The position numbers and the translations under genes are program-made. The notes under the pieces are model-generated. The model saw nothing but the letters and a program-made list of their open reading frames with translations. It made no database searches and was not told where the DNA came from. A DNA stretch of 35,651 nt from positions 1 to 35,651 of the IMG/VR virus record IMGVR_UViG_3300020045_011719. One strand, 5' to 3'. This document shows, in pieces, positions 1 to 7,881 of this stretch. Numbering within the stretch: position 1 is the stretch's first letter; every line of letters begins with the position of its first letter. The stretch is from a virus. Lineage: Duplodnaviria > Caudoviricetes.

Positions 1-17
1 GAATTGGAGAAATACTG

Positions 18-128
18 ATGAAACTATTAATACTAGTTATCTTGTTATCGTCTTGCTCATCTACACTTTTTGTTAAGGATTGTGAGCAGGTTTCTGATAA
101 TGTTTTTAAGTGCAAAGAAATTAAATAA
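18..128 (+). CDS. small predicted lipoprotein (36 aa, not in ORF track)
   Basis: Translates as MKLLILVILLSSCSSTLFVKDCEQVSDNVFKCKEIK*. Basic N-terminus, hydrophobic core and lipobox LSSC. GGAG at 6-9. ATG overlaps an upstream TGA (TGATG, 16-20). Confidence 0.7.
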   Translation: MKLLILVILLSSCSSTLFVKDCEQVSDNVFKCKEIK

Positions 129-159
129 TCCCAATCATGGGAAACATAGGAGAATGATA

Positions 160-522
160 ATGTTTAAGGATAAATTGTTAACAGTTGTAAATGCAGTAGC
201 TACTCTTTCAGATGTTGCTTCATTGCCATCTGAGTTCGAAGTAGAGTTAGCAAAAGAAAAAGAGCTTTCATACAATGAAGGTTTCGCAGCTGGTGGAGCT
301 GTTAATCCAGAAGGAAAGATCTACTCTCAAGCTGACATGGATGTAGTTGTTGAAGCTCACAAAGTAGCTCTTGCGATTGCATTAGAGGAAGGAGAAGTTA
401 AGGCAGATAAAAGAGCAGTTGAAGCTGTTAATGAATTCAAAGCCGCTTTCCTTGCTGAGCTAGATGCTGCTCAAGCTTCAGAGAATGCTATCGAACTTGA
501 TATCAGATCTAAATTACTTTAA
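160..522 (+). CDS. acidic Ala/Glu-rich helical protein, function unknown
   Basis: AGGAGA RBS at 148-153 favours ATG 160 over the track's TTG 70. GCT/GAA-rich codon usage like the capsid gene. Followed by a hairpin. Confidence 0.75.
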   Translation: MFKDKLLTVVNAVATLSDVASLPSEFEVELAKEKELSYNEGFAAGGAVNPEGKIYSQADMDVVVEAHKVALAIALEEGEVKADKRAVEAVNEFKAAFLAELDAAQASENAIELDIRSKLL

Positions 523-529
523 TTATATC

Positions 530-545
530 GCCCTCGAAAGAGGGC
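530..545 (+). terminator. GC-rich hairpin, possible weak intrinsic terminator or mRNA-stabilising stem
   Basis: GCCCTC-GAAA-GAGGGC: 6-bp stem with GNRA loop just after the stop at 522. Only a weak U-tract follows. Confidence 0.5.
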
Positions 546-556
546 ATTGAGTTTAT

Positions 557-1186
557 ATGAAAGCATGGATATCTAAAATACTTAAGGCAATCTTTGGAAA
601 AAAAGAGCCACAAGTAACTCCAATAGAACAAAAACAAGATACCGTTGGCAGTGTTGGAACTGGTAAAAAGGTTGCCCTTATTGTTGGCCATGGAGCCGGA
701 GACGGTGGAGCTGAAGCTTTTAATGGCATGAGTGAGTTTAATTACAATTCATTCGTGGCAGAGGAAGTTGAAAAGGCAATTAAGAATAAACAGATTAAAG
801 TCTTCTATCGTGGCGCTGGAGGAATTGCTGGAGTTGCATCGAAAGCAGTTGCCTGGAATCCTGAAGTGTGTATAGAGATGCACCTTAACTCTTTCAATGG
901 AATTGCAGCTGGGTGTGAGGTCTTAGTTCTCAATGGAGATGAAGAGTCTGCTAAGTTAGCAAGACAGTTTGCCTCTAGTTTTTGCACTAAATTTAGCAGG
1001 AAATTGAGGGGTGATAAAGGTGTCAAGTGGCTTGCCTCATCCGAGAGAGGGGGGTTGAGTCTTAAGTGCCTATCTCCAATCAAGCAAGCGATATTAATTG
1101 AGCCGTTCTTTTGCGACAATGAAAAGGAATGGATAGAGCCGATCATGTATGCCAAGTTTTTGACAGGGTTTATTGATGAGCTATAA
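557..1186 (+). CDS. N-acetylmuramoyl-L-alanine amidase (Amidase_3 type), probable endolysin
   Basis: Zn-amidase motifs VGHG, SEFNYN, EMHLNS, GCEV and ILIEPFFCDN. Confidence 0.9.
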   Translation: MKAWISKILKAIFGKKEPQVTPIEQKQDTVGSVGTGKKVALIVGHGAGDGGAEAFNGMSEFNYNSFVAEEVEKAIKNKQIKVFYRGAGGIAGVASKAVAWNPEVCIEMHLNSFNGIAAGCEVLVLNGDEESAKLARQFASSFCTKFSRKLRGDKGVKWLASSERGGLSLKCLSPIKQAILIEPFFCDNEKEWIEPIMYAKFLTGFIDEL

Positions 1187-3671
1187 CTCAGAGGCTTTAA
1201 AAACAAGATCCGAAAAGATCACTCTTGTTACGGCCGAATCTGTACAGCAAGTAAAGTTATTCAACTCCTCCGGGAGTAATTGGACTCGTTTATGCGAGTT
1301 TTTTGTTGTTGGGGTTAAAGACGACGGTAACTCCATTACTAGTTGGAACTTTAACCCTCTCACCAAGTTGCTCACCATCGTAGGTGGAGCAGATCCAAAG
1401 ACCAGAAACATCTCGTTGACCTATCGCCACTTCTTTTCCAATGCACCGTTAAAGCTCCCATATGACTTACTCAGTGGCGATACGGTCGAGTGGGAAGGGA
1501 GAATTACAGGAATAGGAGCAATTGGGCAACAGTTAGACGAAGAAAGCACAGGCATAGTTTTAGAGTCATCAAGTAATGTTGATTTTATTAACAATGATGG
1601 ATTTTTCGATGAAATTTACGATACTCACATATGGGAAAATCAAGAAATAAGATTTTACTCTTGGTTCCCCAATATACCAATAGAAGAAAAAATACAACTC
1701 TTTGAAGGCATAATAGAATCAAAGACTTTTTCAGATACAAAGGTAAGCTTCAAGGTTAAGGACTTTGTCTTTAAACTTAAGAACTATCTCAAGCTTGGAA
1801 ACTTCAGCTCTCTAGATGGAGTTATACTTCCCAGCTTACTAGATAAACCTAAAAGAAGAATATATGGTCAAGTTGACAATGTAAGATGCGCTAGTTTAGA
1901 TGCCACACTTACTGGGTATAGCGTTACAGGCACATTGAGTTTCTCAATAGACAGCTTGATTGTAACTGGCACCGGCACTCTCTTTCTTTCCGAGCTATCT
2001 ATCGAGGACGAGCTATTCATTGAAGTGAATGGCGAGACTGTTAAGTTTGGAGTTCAATCCATAGAGTCTAATAACTCACTTACTCTCGGAAGAAAGTCAT
2101 CCTACTCAATAGTAAATGGAACATTTAAAGTGCTTCCAAAGATTCCCTATAGTGGTAAAAATAGAGTTTGGATGTTAGCAGGGCACAAGTTAAGAGAGCC
2201 TACAACCACCCTTTCGGGCATTATATCAAACAACGCCTTTACAGTAGCAAGTACAGAGGATTTGTTCCCAGGAGACCAAGTTACTATAGGTGGCGTTCAA
2301 AGCACCATTAGAAGAATTTCTGGTAATACTCTTGTGACCAATACGACAATCCTGCCAGTGCCTATCATTGGAGCGACTGTTAAGAAGCGACCTATACAAA
2401 AGATTTTCTTTGGTAAAAAAGAGCTTATTTACGATAGAGATTACCTTGTAACCAATAGTACAGATTGCAGAATTACCCTCAGGGATGATGCTGAATTTAA
2501 CCTATTTGAAGAGAGACTATTTAACGTTTCATTGTTGTTTACCAATGGCTCAAGGTCAGTAACCACGATAGATGTGGCAGACTTCAGTGCATCTCTTAAG
2601 CCAAGAGATTACATAAGATCGGCAAACGCTGGTGAGCCTGAGTGGTATGAAGTTCTCCAGGTTAAAGAGACTGAGATTATCTTAAGATCGCCTTTTAGTG
2701 GAGCCACTGCTACCAAACAGGGCTTATTTAAGAATGTAGATTACATAGACGAGAATTCTCCTATTACTGCCAACTGCCTGGGAATGGAGTATCAAGGCAA
2801 GTGGATGAAGACTGCATCGGATTGCGTGAGACACTTAGTCTTAAACGATGCTGAGTTTGCCACTATTAATGAGACTGCCTTTGCTAAGGCAAGATCCAGT
2901 GGTCCATATATAATCTCAATGGTTATTCCTGAAAAGCTCGGGGAGAGCTCTCCCTTGGTTAGGGATATTATAACCAAGATCAACACAAGCGTTTTTGGTT
3001 CTCTTTATGGGGATAGCTCGCAGAATATATCCTACGCGGTTATGAACTCTGTAAAGCCAGAATTGACCGAAATTATCCGTGACGATGACATCCTAAGCTT
3101 TACAGTAACATCTAATCAAAAGATTGTTAATAAGACGATAGTGAACTATAGGCCGTATGTGGACATCAATAGCGATAAGGATACCTTCTTGACGGTTAAT
3201 CACGCCTCCAAATTTGTCGATGACTTGATTGAAATTAAGAACACAACAGAGAAGACAATTTATTTATACGACACAGCAAATGCAACCACCATGGCTCAAA
3301 GGATCTCGCTATTCAATTCATTATCAAACTCGATTGTGACACTCAGAGCTAAGACATCGCTCTATTCTAAACTGGTCAATGACAAGATTTATCTATCTCT
3401 CGATAGACTCTATAAGCGATATGCCGGTGGAGACAGAAGAAAGCTAGGCGTGATCACTGGTGTGCGCAGAGATGGCTTTGGGTGTGATATAACCGTATCA
3501 GATTTATCAAACATTTATAATCGCATTCCATCGATAGCACCCAACACAACGCTTGATTATTTATCCAGTTCAGAGGATGATTTAATAAGATACGGATACA
3601 TCGTCAGCAACACAACAAAGACTCCTGACGAATCTAGCGAGCAAGGAATTGGCTCGAATATTATAGGATAG
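1176..3671 (+). CDS. large tail tip / baseplate hub-like structural protein
   Basis: About 830 aa, beta-rich. Hub-like N-terminal part (LFEGIIESKTFSDTKVSFKVKD...KRRIYG) and repeated small beta-barrel motifs (VTGTGTLFLSEL, LFPGDQVTIGG). Continues the tail module across the window ends. Confidence 0.65.
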   Translation: MSYNSEALKTRSEKITLVTAESVQQVKLFNSSGSNWTRLCEFFVVGVKDDGNSITSWNFNPLTKLLTIVGGADPKTRNISLTYRHFFSNAPLKLPYDLLSGDTVEWEGRITGIGAIGQQLDEESTGIVLESSSNVDFINNDGFFDEIYDTHIWENQEIRFYSWFPNIPIEEKIQLFEGIIESKTFSDTKVSFKVKDFVFKLKNYLKLGNFSSLDGVILPSLLDKPKRRIYGQVDNVRCASLDATLTGYSVTGTLSFSIDSLIVTGTGTLFLSELSIEDELFIEVNGETVKFGVQSIESNNSLTLGRKSSYSIVNGTFKVLPKIPYSGKNRVWMLAGHKLREPTTTLSGIISNNAFTVASTEDLFPGDQVTIGGVQSTIRRISGNTLVTNTTILPVPIIGATVKKRPIQKIFFGKKELIYDRDYLVTNSTDCRITLRDDAEFNLFEERLFNVSLLFTNGSRSVTTIDVADFSASLKPRDYIRSANAGEPEWYEVLQVKETEIILRSPFSGATATKQGLFKNVDYIDENSPITANCLGMEYQGKWMKTASDCVRHLVLNDAEFATINETAFAKARSSGPYIISMVIPEKLGESSPLVRDIITKINTSVFGSLYGDSSQNISYAVMNSVKPELTEIIRDDDILSFTVTSNQKIVNKTIVNYRPYVDINSDKDTFLTVNHASKFVDDLIEIKNTTEKTIYLYDTANATTMAQRISLFNSLSNSIVTLRAKTSLYSKLVNDKIYLSLDRLYKRYAGGDRRKLGVITGVRRDGFGCDITVSDLSNIYNRIPSIAPNTTLDYLSSSEDDLIRYGYIVSNTTKTPDESSEQGIGSNIIG

Positions 3672-3674
3672 AAA

Positions 3675-4190
3675 ATGGCACTTACTCCAATAGATCCTGC
3701 AACCATTGAGGTAGGTGATCCGATCACTGCAGACCTCTTTAATACAATTAAGAATAACTTTGACAGCATAAATACGGACTTAAACAGCCTATTACTAGGT
3801 GCGGTCAAGGTTTCAGTTTTTCATTATGACATGGTTAACGGCTCTTCATTTTCAACCTTAACTGGGCTGGATTATTTCCAGGCAATAACGCCATTTACTT
3901 TGACCAACGCCTCAATAAGAATCTTTGAGAAAGGCTCATTGACTGGCATAATTGAGATAGATATCAAGAAGAGCACTACTAATATGGATAATGCCTCCTT
4001 TACTTCTGTCTTTAGCGTTAAGCCAAGGATCACTTATGCCACTGCATCCGACTATGAGACATCAACAAATCAAGTCTTCAATCCTAGCTTAATTCAAGTT
4101 AGCGCGGGTGATATTTTAAGACTAGACATAACTGCGGCTCCAAATGCCGTACTTCCTAGGTTGAAATTCCTAGTCTATGGAGAATTATAA
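3675..4190 (+). CDS. putative tail tip / minor tail protein
   Basis: N-terminal VGDPITADLFNTIKNN motif typical of fibre attachment segments. C-terminal VSAGDILRLDIT jelly-roll-like motif. Tightly coupled to its neighbours. Confidence 0.55.
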   Translation: MALTPIDPATIEVGDPITADLFNTIKNNFDSINTDLNSLLLGAVKVSVFHYDMVNGSSFSTLTGLDYFQAITPFTLTNASIRIFEKGSLTGIIEIDIKKSTTNMDNASFTSVFSVKPRITYATASDYETSTNQVFNPSLIQVSAGDILRLDITAAPNAVLPRLKFLVYGEL

Positions 4191-4633
4191 TGAGCGCACC
4201 TTTTTTTATACCCTTTAACTTTAAGCCTGTTGCTGTTGGCTCGGGGACATCGTACACGGTGCCTGCCGCTAAGTATGCGAGAGTGACTTACAATATGTCA
4301 GTTAGCGCCAGAGGAACACTGACGACGGGAGTTCCTGAGATAGTCGCTCTTCAGAATGGTAACGACTGCTTAAGTGGAACTATTTGGTTAAATGCTGGGG
4401 ATAGCGTCACGAGTGTTTTGGTTAATGCAAGTGGGACAACTTCCATTATCGGCACGCCTGCTTACTCAACCCTTCTCTATTCTACTTCGGTGGCAACAGT
4501 CAGGGTTAATGGTGTGGACGCTGCTATCATAAAGGCTGACTGTGGGATTCAATTTAACGGTACAGGGACTAGTTTGATTATAGGTGAGGCATTGGTAACC
4601 TTTCACTGGGAAGAGTATAATGTTATCTCTTAA
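4190..4633 (+). CDS. putative small tail fibre / receptor-binding structural protein
   Basis: Thr/Ser/Gly/Val-rich beta protein (SYTVPAAKYARV, IWLNAGDSV). TAATG overlap with the upstream gene. Confidence 0.5.
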   Translation: MSAPFFIPFNFKPVAVGSGTSYTVPAAKYARVTYNMSVSARGTLTTGVPEIVALQNGNDCLSGTIWLNAGDSVTSVLVNASGTTSIIGTPAYSTLLYSTSVATVRVNGVDAAIIKADCGIQFNGTGTSLIIGEALVTFHWEEYNVIS

Positions 4634-4799
4634 GCGCATTGGTGCTGAGTTTATTTTGGGAAGCATGATTTTGCCTTGGATTGTCTGGGCGACGTTTACA
4701 CTTTTCACAACGTCAGCGAAAGCAGATAGAGTTATAGCAGTTGAAGAGAAAGTTGATTATATTTACAAGTATCTTATCGAGAAAGATAAGCACAAATAG
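4620..4799 (+). CDS. single-TM membrane protein, candidate holin/antiholin (59 aa, not in ORF track)
   Basis: MLSLKRIGAEFILGSMILPWIVWATFTLFTTSAKADRVIAVEEKVDYIYKYLIEKDKHK*. Fills the gap between 4633 and 4809. One hydrophobic segment and a charged C-terminus. Confidence 0.6.
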   Translation: MLSLKRIGAEFILGSMILPWIVWATFTLFTTSAKADRVIAVEEKVDYIYKYLIEKDKHK

Positions 4800-4808
4800 G
4801 AGAACATC

Positions 4809-5018
4809 ATGGACGTTAAAAAAGTAGTTTTGGATTCAATTGATTTTGAAAAATTAGTAACTGGATTATTGGTAGAAGGATTAGAGCCAGCTCTTAAGAA
4901 GGTCGTTGAAGATTCTTCAAATCCAGTAGACAATGCAATCTTCGCCATGGTGTATCCACCATTAAAAGAAGAAATCAAAAAGCTTATTCTTGAAAAAGTA
5001 AAAGAACTTAAGGCTTAA
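4809..5018 (+). CDS. hypothetical protein in lysis cluster
   Basis: AGGAGA RBS. 69 aa, helical (LKKVVEDSSNPVDNAIF). Confidence 0.7.
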   Translation: MDVKKVVLDSIDFEKLVTGLLVEGLEPALKKVVEDSSNPVDNAIFAMVYPPLKEEIKKLILEKVKELKA

Positions 5019-5019
5019 T

Positions 5020-5208
5020 ATGCTAGATAGTATTGTCGCAGGAATTATAAATTGGTCTATAACCGCACTTATACTGCCTGCGATGTACTATCTCTATGAC
5101 TATTACAAGCTAAAGAAAGACAATAAAGAGCTTAAACTTAAAATAGAGACGCTTAAAAATGCCAAGACACGCGAAGAAATTAACGCTGCTATTGATTCTA
5201 TTGATTAG
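5020..5208 (+). CDS. N-terminal TM plus coiled coil, candidate i-spanin (Rz-like)
   Basis: Hydrophobic residues about 5-26, then a K/E-rich coil. 3' end overlaps a lipoprotein gene. Confidence 0.5.
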   Translation: MLDSIVAGIINWSITALILPAMYYLYDYYKLKKDNKELKLKIETLKNAKTREEINAAIDSID

Positions 5209-5485
5209 CTCTTCCTGTAAAAGAGAGTTTCCAAAGATAGCGCCACAAGAAAGATGCTTTAACGTGTTACTGGAGAAAGTTGTCATTGATGATGTTGCTT
5301 TCTACTCTGGCTATTGCCGATGTCACTCGTACGAATGGACGATAGATAGAATTGGTAGAGTCGGAGAGTCGCAGGATTATGAAATGGCTAAGTGCGATAA
5401 GTTAATTGGCTTTACGCCGGACACATATGCCAAGGTAAATAATTGGTGGAATGAAATAAGATTGTGGCTAAAAAGGCAGCAATAG
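5159..5485 (+). CDS. lipoprotein, candidate o-spanin (Rz1-like)
   Basis: KK-LTLLLILLISSS-C lipobox at Cys20, four further Cys, 50-nt overlap with the Rz-like gene. Confidence 0.55.
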   Translation: MPRHAKKLTLLLILLISSSCKREFPKIAPQERCFNVLLEKVVIDDVAFYSGYCRCHSYEWTIDRIGRVGESQDYEMAKCDKLIGFTPDTYAKVNNWWNEIRLWLKRQQ

Positions 5486-5523
5486 TTCATAATTAGAATT
5501 ATCCACGTGAAGCAAGGAAGCTT

Positions 5524-6327
5524 ATGGGTGCGGTTCATGTCGTAAAGACACCTAAGGAAAATCAGACCTGGTTTTTGGCTTCTGATTGGCATTCATTCAA
5601 TCTTCATATGCCATCCTTCTCTATTCTCTGCCAAATGGCAAATCTCTTACCTAGAAAGCAAAGAAACTTAATCATAAATGGTGACTTTATTGATGCTCCA
5701 TATATGATGCCAAAGAATGCAGATTTCCAAACCTGGTGCAGTAGAAAGGATGGAATCGATAAGTTTTTCTTGCCAGAGTTTGAAAATGAAATGAAGTGGG
5801 CTAATGATACACTGGACGCGCTTCAGTCTGTCTTTAATCACATTATATTCATTCATGGCAATCACGATGCGCCCAGGTTTGAAGAGTTTAAATCTAAGCA
5901 TTGCCCGGTTGAATATAGAGACCATTTTAATATGGACTCTAAGATGAATCTACTTAAGAGAAACATAGGTTCAATCCCTTATGGTGACTATCTAGATCTT
6001 GGAGATTTAAGCGTGACTCATGGCTCCTATCACGGGCCGTCAGCGCATAAGAAGCATTACGAGGCGGTGGGCTCAAGGAACGTTGTCTTTGGACACATAC
6101 ACTCTGCGGAATCAAAAAGCTTTCACGTTAGAGGCATAACAAGGAAGGCATGGTCTCTCCCTGCTATGTGCGACCTTAATCCACACTATATTAAAAATAG
6201 AGACATGAATTGGAGTAACGGTTTTGCTACTGTTGTTATGAGACCTGACGGAAAATTTAACTTTCACACACACTTAGTAATTGACAATCAACTATGCTTG
6301 CCGACTGGCGAAGTATTAAAGGGATAA
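5524..6327 (+). CDS. calcineurin-like metallophosphoesterase
   Basis: All five motifs present: SDWH, NGDFID, HGNHD, THG, GHIH. Confidence 0.9.
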   Translation: MGAVHVVKTPKENQTWFLASDWHSFNLHMPSFSILCQMANLLPRKQRNLIINGDFIDAPYMMPKNADFQTWCSRKDGIDKFFLPEFENEMKWANDTLDALQSVFNHIIFIHGNHDAPRFEEFKSKHCPVEYRDHFNMDSKMNLLKRNIGSIPYGDYLDLGDLSVTHGSYHGPSAHKKHYEAVGSRNVVFGHIHSAESKSFHVRGITRKAWSLPAMCDLNPHYIKNRDMNWSNGFATVVMRPDGKFNFHTHLVIDNQLCLPTGEVLKG

Positions 6328-6328
6328 C

Positions 6329-6613
6329 ATGAAAATACCAAGAAAGTTCAGGGTTTTTGGTAAGACGATAAGGGTTAAAGTTGGGAATCTTGGTGGGCAG
6401 TATGATGGAATGTTTTATCCTCATCTTGATTTAATCATTATTGATAAAGAGGTTCCAAAGGAAAAGATAGCCCATGTTTTAATACATGAATTTATTCACA
6501 GTGTTATTTCTAGGTGCTCTCTTGATCAAGTTATAAGTTACCCGTCCGAAGAACTTGTTGTGGATATGATTGCAAAGGCTTTGGTTGAAAACTTCACCAT
6601 AGATAATAGATAG
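6329..6613 (+). CDS. small HExxH zinc metallopeptidase-like protein
   Basis: VLIHEFIH plus downstream EELVVD glutamate; resembles the ImmA/IrrE (M78)-type zincin core. Confidence 0.7.
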   Translation: MKIPRKFRVFGKTIRVKVGNLGGQYDGMFYPHLDLIIIDKEVPKEKIAHVLIHEFIHSVISRCSLDQVISYPSEELVVDMIAKALVENFTIDNR

Positions 6614-6718
6614 CTTGTATTATATTTATTGCGCCAAAAAAGTGGTGCGCTGTGAGCAAACAGAATGCTATACGAAATAGAGGCAATACTAATCTGTATC
6701 TTACTTGGATATCTATTC

Positions 6719-6937
6719 TTAGAATTGAAATAAGTCTATGTGCTTATTCTTAACTCTTAAAGCCTCATCTCGCTTCCTAATTCTTCTATAGTGAGCTTCC
6801 TCAGCATCAATCTCTATCTTGTACTTAACCCATTTGCATCTATGGCAAATCATGTCTTCGTCGCGCCTAATGAACTCATGAGTGCACTCCCAGGACTCAT
6901 TAAAATCCCACCAGTTTACTCTTTGTCTATTCTTCAT
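6719..6937 (-). CDS. small putative zinc-binding protein
   Basis: CxH...CxxC motif (CTHE...CHRC). ATGA-type overlap with the upstream minus-strand gene. Confidence 0.6.
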   Translation of the reverse strand: MKNRQRVNWWDFNESWECTHEFIRRDEDMICHRCKWVKYKIEIDAEEAHYRRIRKRDEALRVKNKHIDLFQF

Positions 6938-7098
6938 CTTACCAACATCAGTAATTGCTCACTGGCAACCTTTAAAGTTAAAGCTAGGATAGAGACTATT
7001 ACGACACTTCTCCAGTCGCTCGCTATTTTCTTAAGCTTGTATAGTCTTGGTTTCTTCTCTGATAAATGCACCATGTGCTCAAACATTACTCTATTCAT
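6934..7098 (-). CDS. small membrane protein, hypothetical
   Basis: ATG at 7098 (MNRVMFEH...) overlaps the end of the upstream gene. C-terminal hydrophobic segment VVIVSILALTL. Confidence 0.5.
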   Translation of the reverse strand: MNRVMFEHMVHLSEKKPRLYKLKKIASDWRSVVIVSILALTLKVASEQLLMLVR

Positions 7099-7300
7099 TT
7101 TCTTCCTCATTGCACCAACAAATATTAATACACTTTCCGCAACCTTCAAATCGTAAATTATCCATGCAAATATCGCAACAATCGTATCCTGTTATTTTAC
7201 CGTGAAACCTAGCATCTGTTTCTTCATTGCAAAAATGACAAATAAAGCTGGCTGGTTCTGGTGGATCGATTAAGTGACTGTCGTCTAATATGTTGTTCAT
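7091..7300 (-). CDS. Cys-rich small protein (multiple CxxC)
   Basis: CHFC, CCDIC, CGKC...CWC. AGGTGA RBS before ATG 7300. Confidence 0.65.
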   Translation of the reverse strand: MNNILDDSHLIDPPEPASFICHFCNEETDARFHGKITGYDCCDICMDNLRFEGCGKCINICWCNEEENE

Positions 7301-7338
7301 TTTAATCACCTATTTCTTGGAAGTTAACTCGCTGTAAG

Positions 7339-7548
7339 TTACTTATTTTCCATTTTATAAAGATGAGGACTATTTTCAATAACTCGTAAGCAACTCTTAC
7401 AAGTTGGATTCTCTTCAATCTTTAAATCAAAATTAACTCTATTGCAAAGGGTTCTATCTTTTTCGAGTCTATGAGATATTCCACCATGCTCTTTAGTTCT
7501 TTTGTACCACTTGTTCCACTGATCAGATTGTTGCTCTCGGGTTCTCAT
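7339..7548 (-). CDS. small putative zinc-finger protein
   Basis: H...TLC...TCKSC pattern. Abuts the upstream gene. Confidence 0.6.
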   Translation of the reverse strand: MRTREQQSDQWNKWYKRTKEHGGISHRLEKDRTLCNRVNFDLKIEENPTCKSCLRVIENSPHLYKMENK

Positions 7549-7863
7549 TTATTTCCCCTCCTTACTTAGTTTTGCGAGAAACTCTTCATCTAATTCCTTA
7601 AGAAAACCCCTAGCAGTTCCACCTGAATCCATTCGATTGCCATAGTGTTCAATTATTCCGATGGCATTTATCAAAAGCTTCTTAGTTGTTTCTAGTTCCA
7701 TTAGAATTTTATGCTTGTCCAAATTACAGGCTACATAGCCACTATCAGTAGTTGTGAAATTAGGGCAATGAAAGTTCATAGAATCGTTTAACTGTTTTTT
7801 AGTTGTTTCTAGTTCATTCGCCAATTCAAAGTTTCTCTTCACTAATTCAACGACTGTACTCAC
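7549..7863 (-). CDS. hypothetical coiled-coil protein with internal repeat
   Basis: AGGAGGAG RBS, GTG start. ELETTKK occurs twice. Confidence 0.65.
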   Translation of the reverse strand: MSTVVELVKRNFELANELETTKKQLNDSMNFHCPNFTTTDSGYVACNLDKHKILMELETTKKLLINAIGIIEHYGNRMDSGGTARGFLKELDEEFLAKLSKEGK

Positions 7864-7881
7864 ATCTCCTCCTATATAAAG

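Noticed and set aside
6791-7156. 121-aa hydrophobic plus-strand ORF
   Set aside because: Lies antisense to three coupled minus-strand genes with overlapping start/stop junctions.
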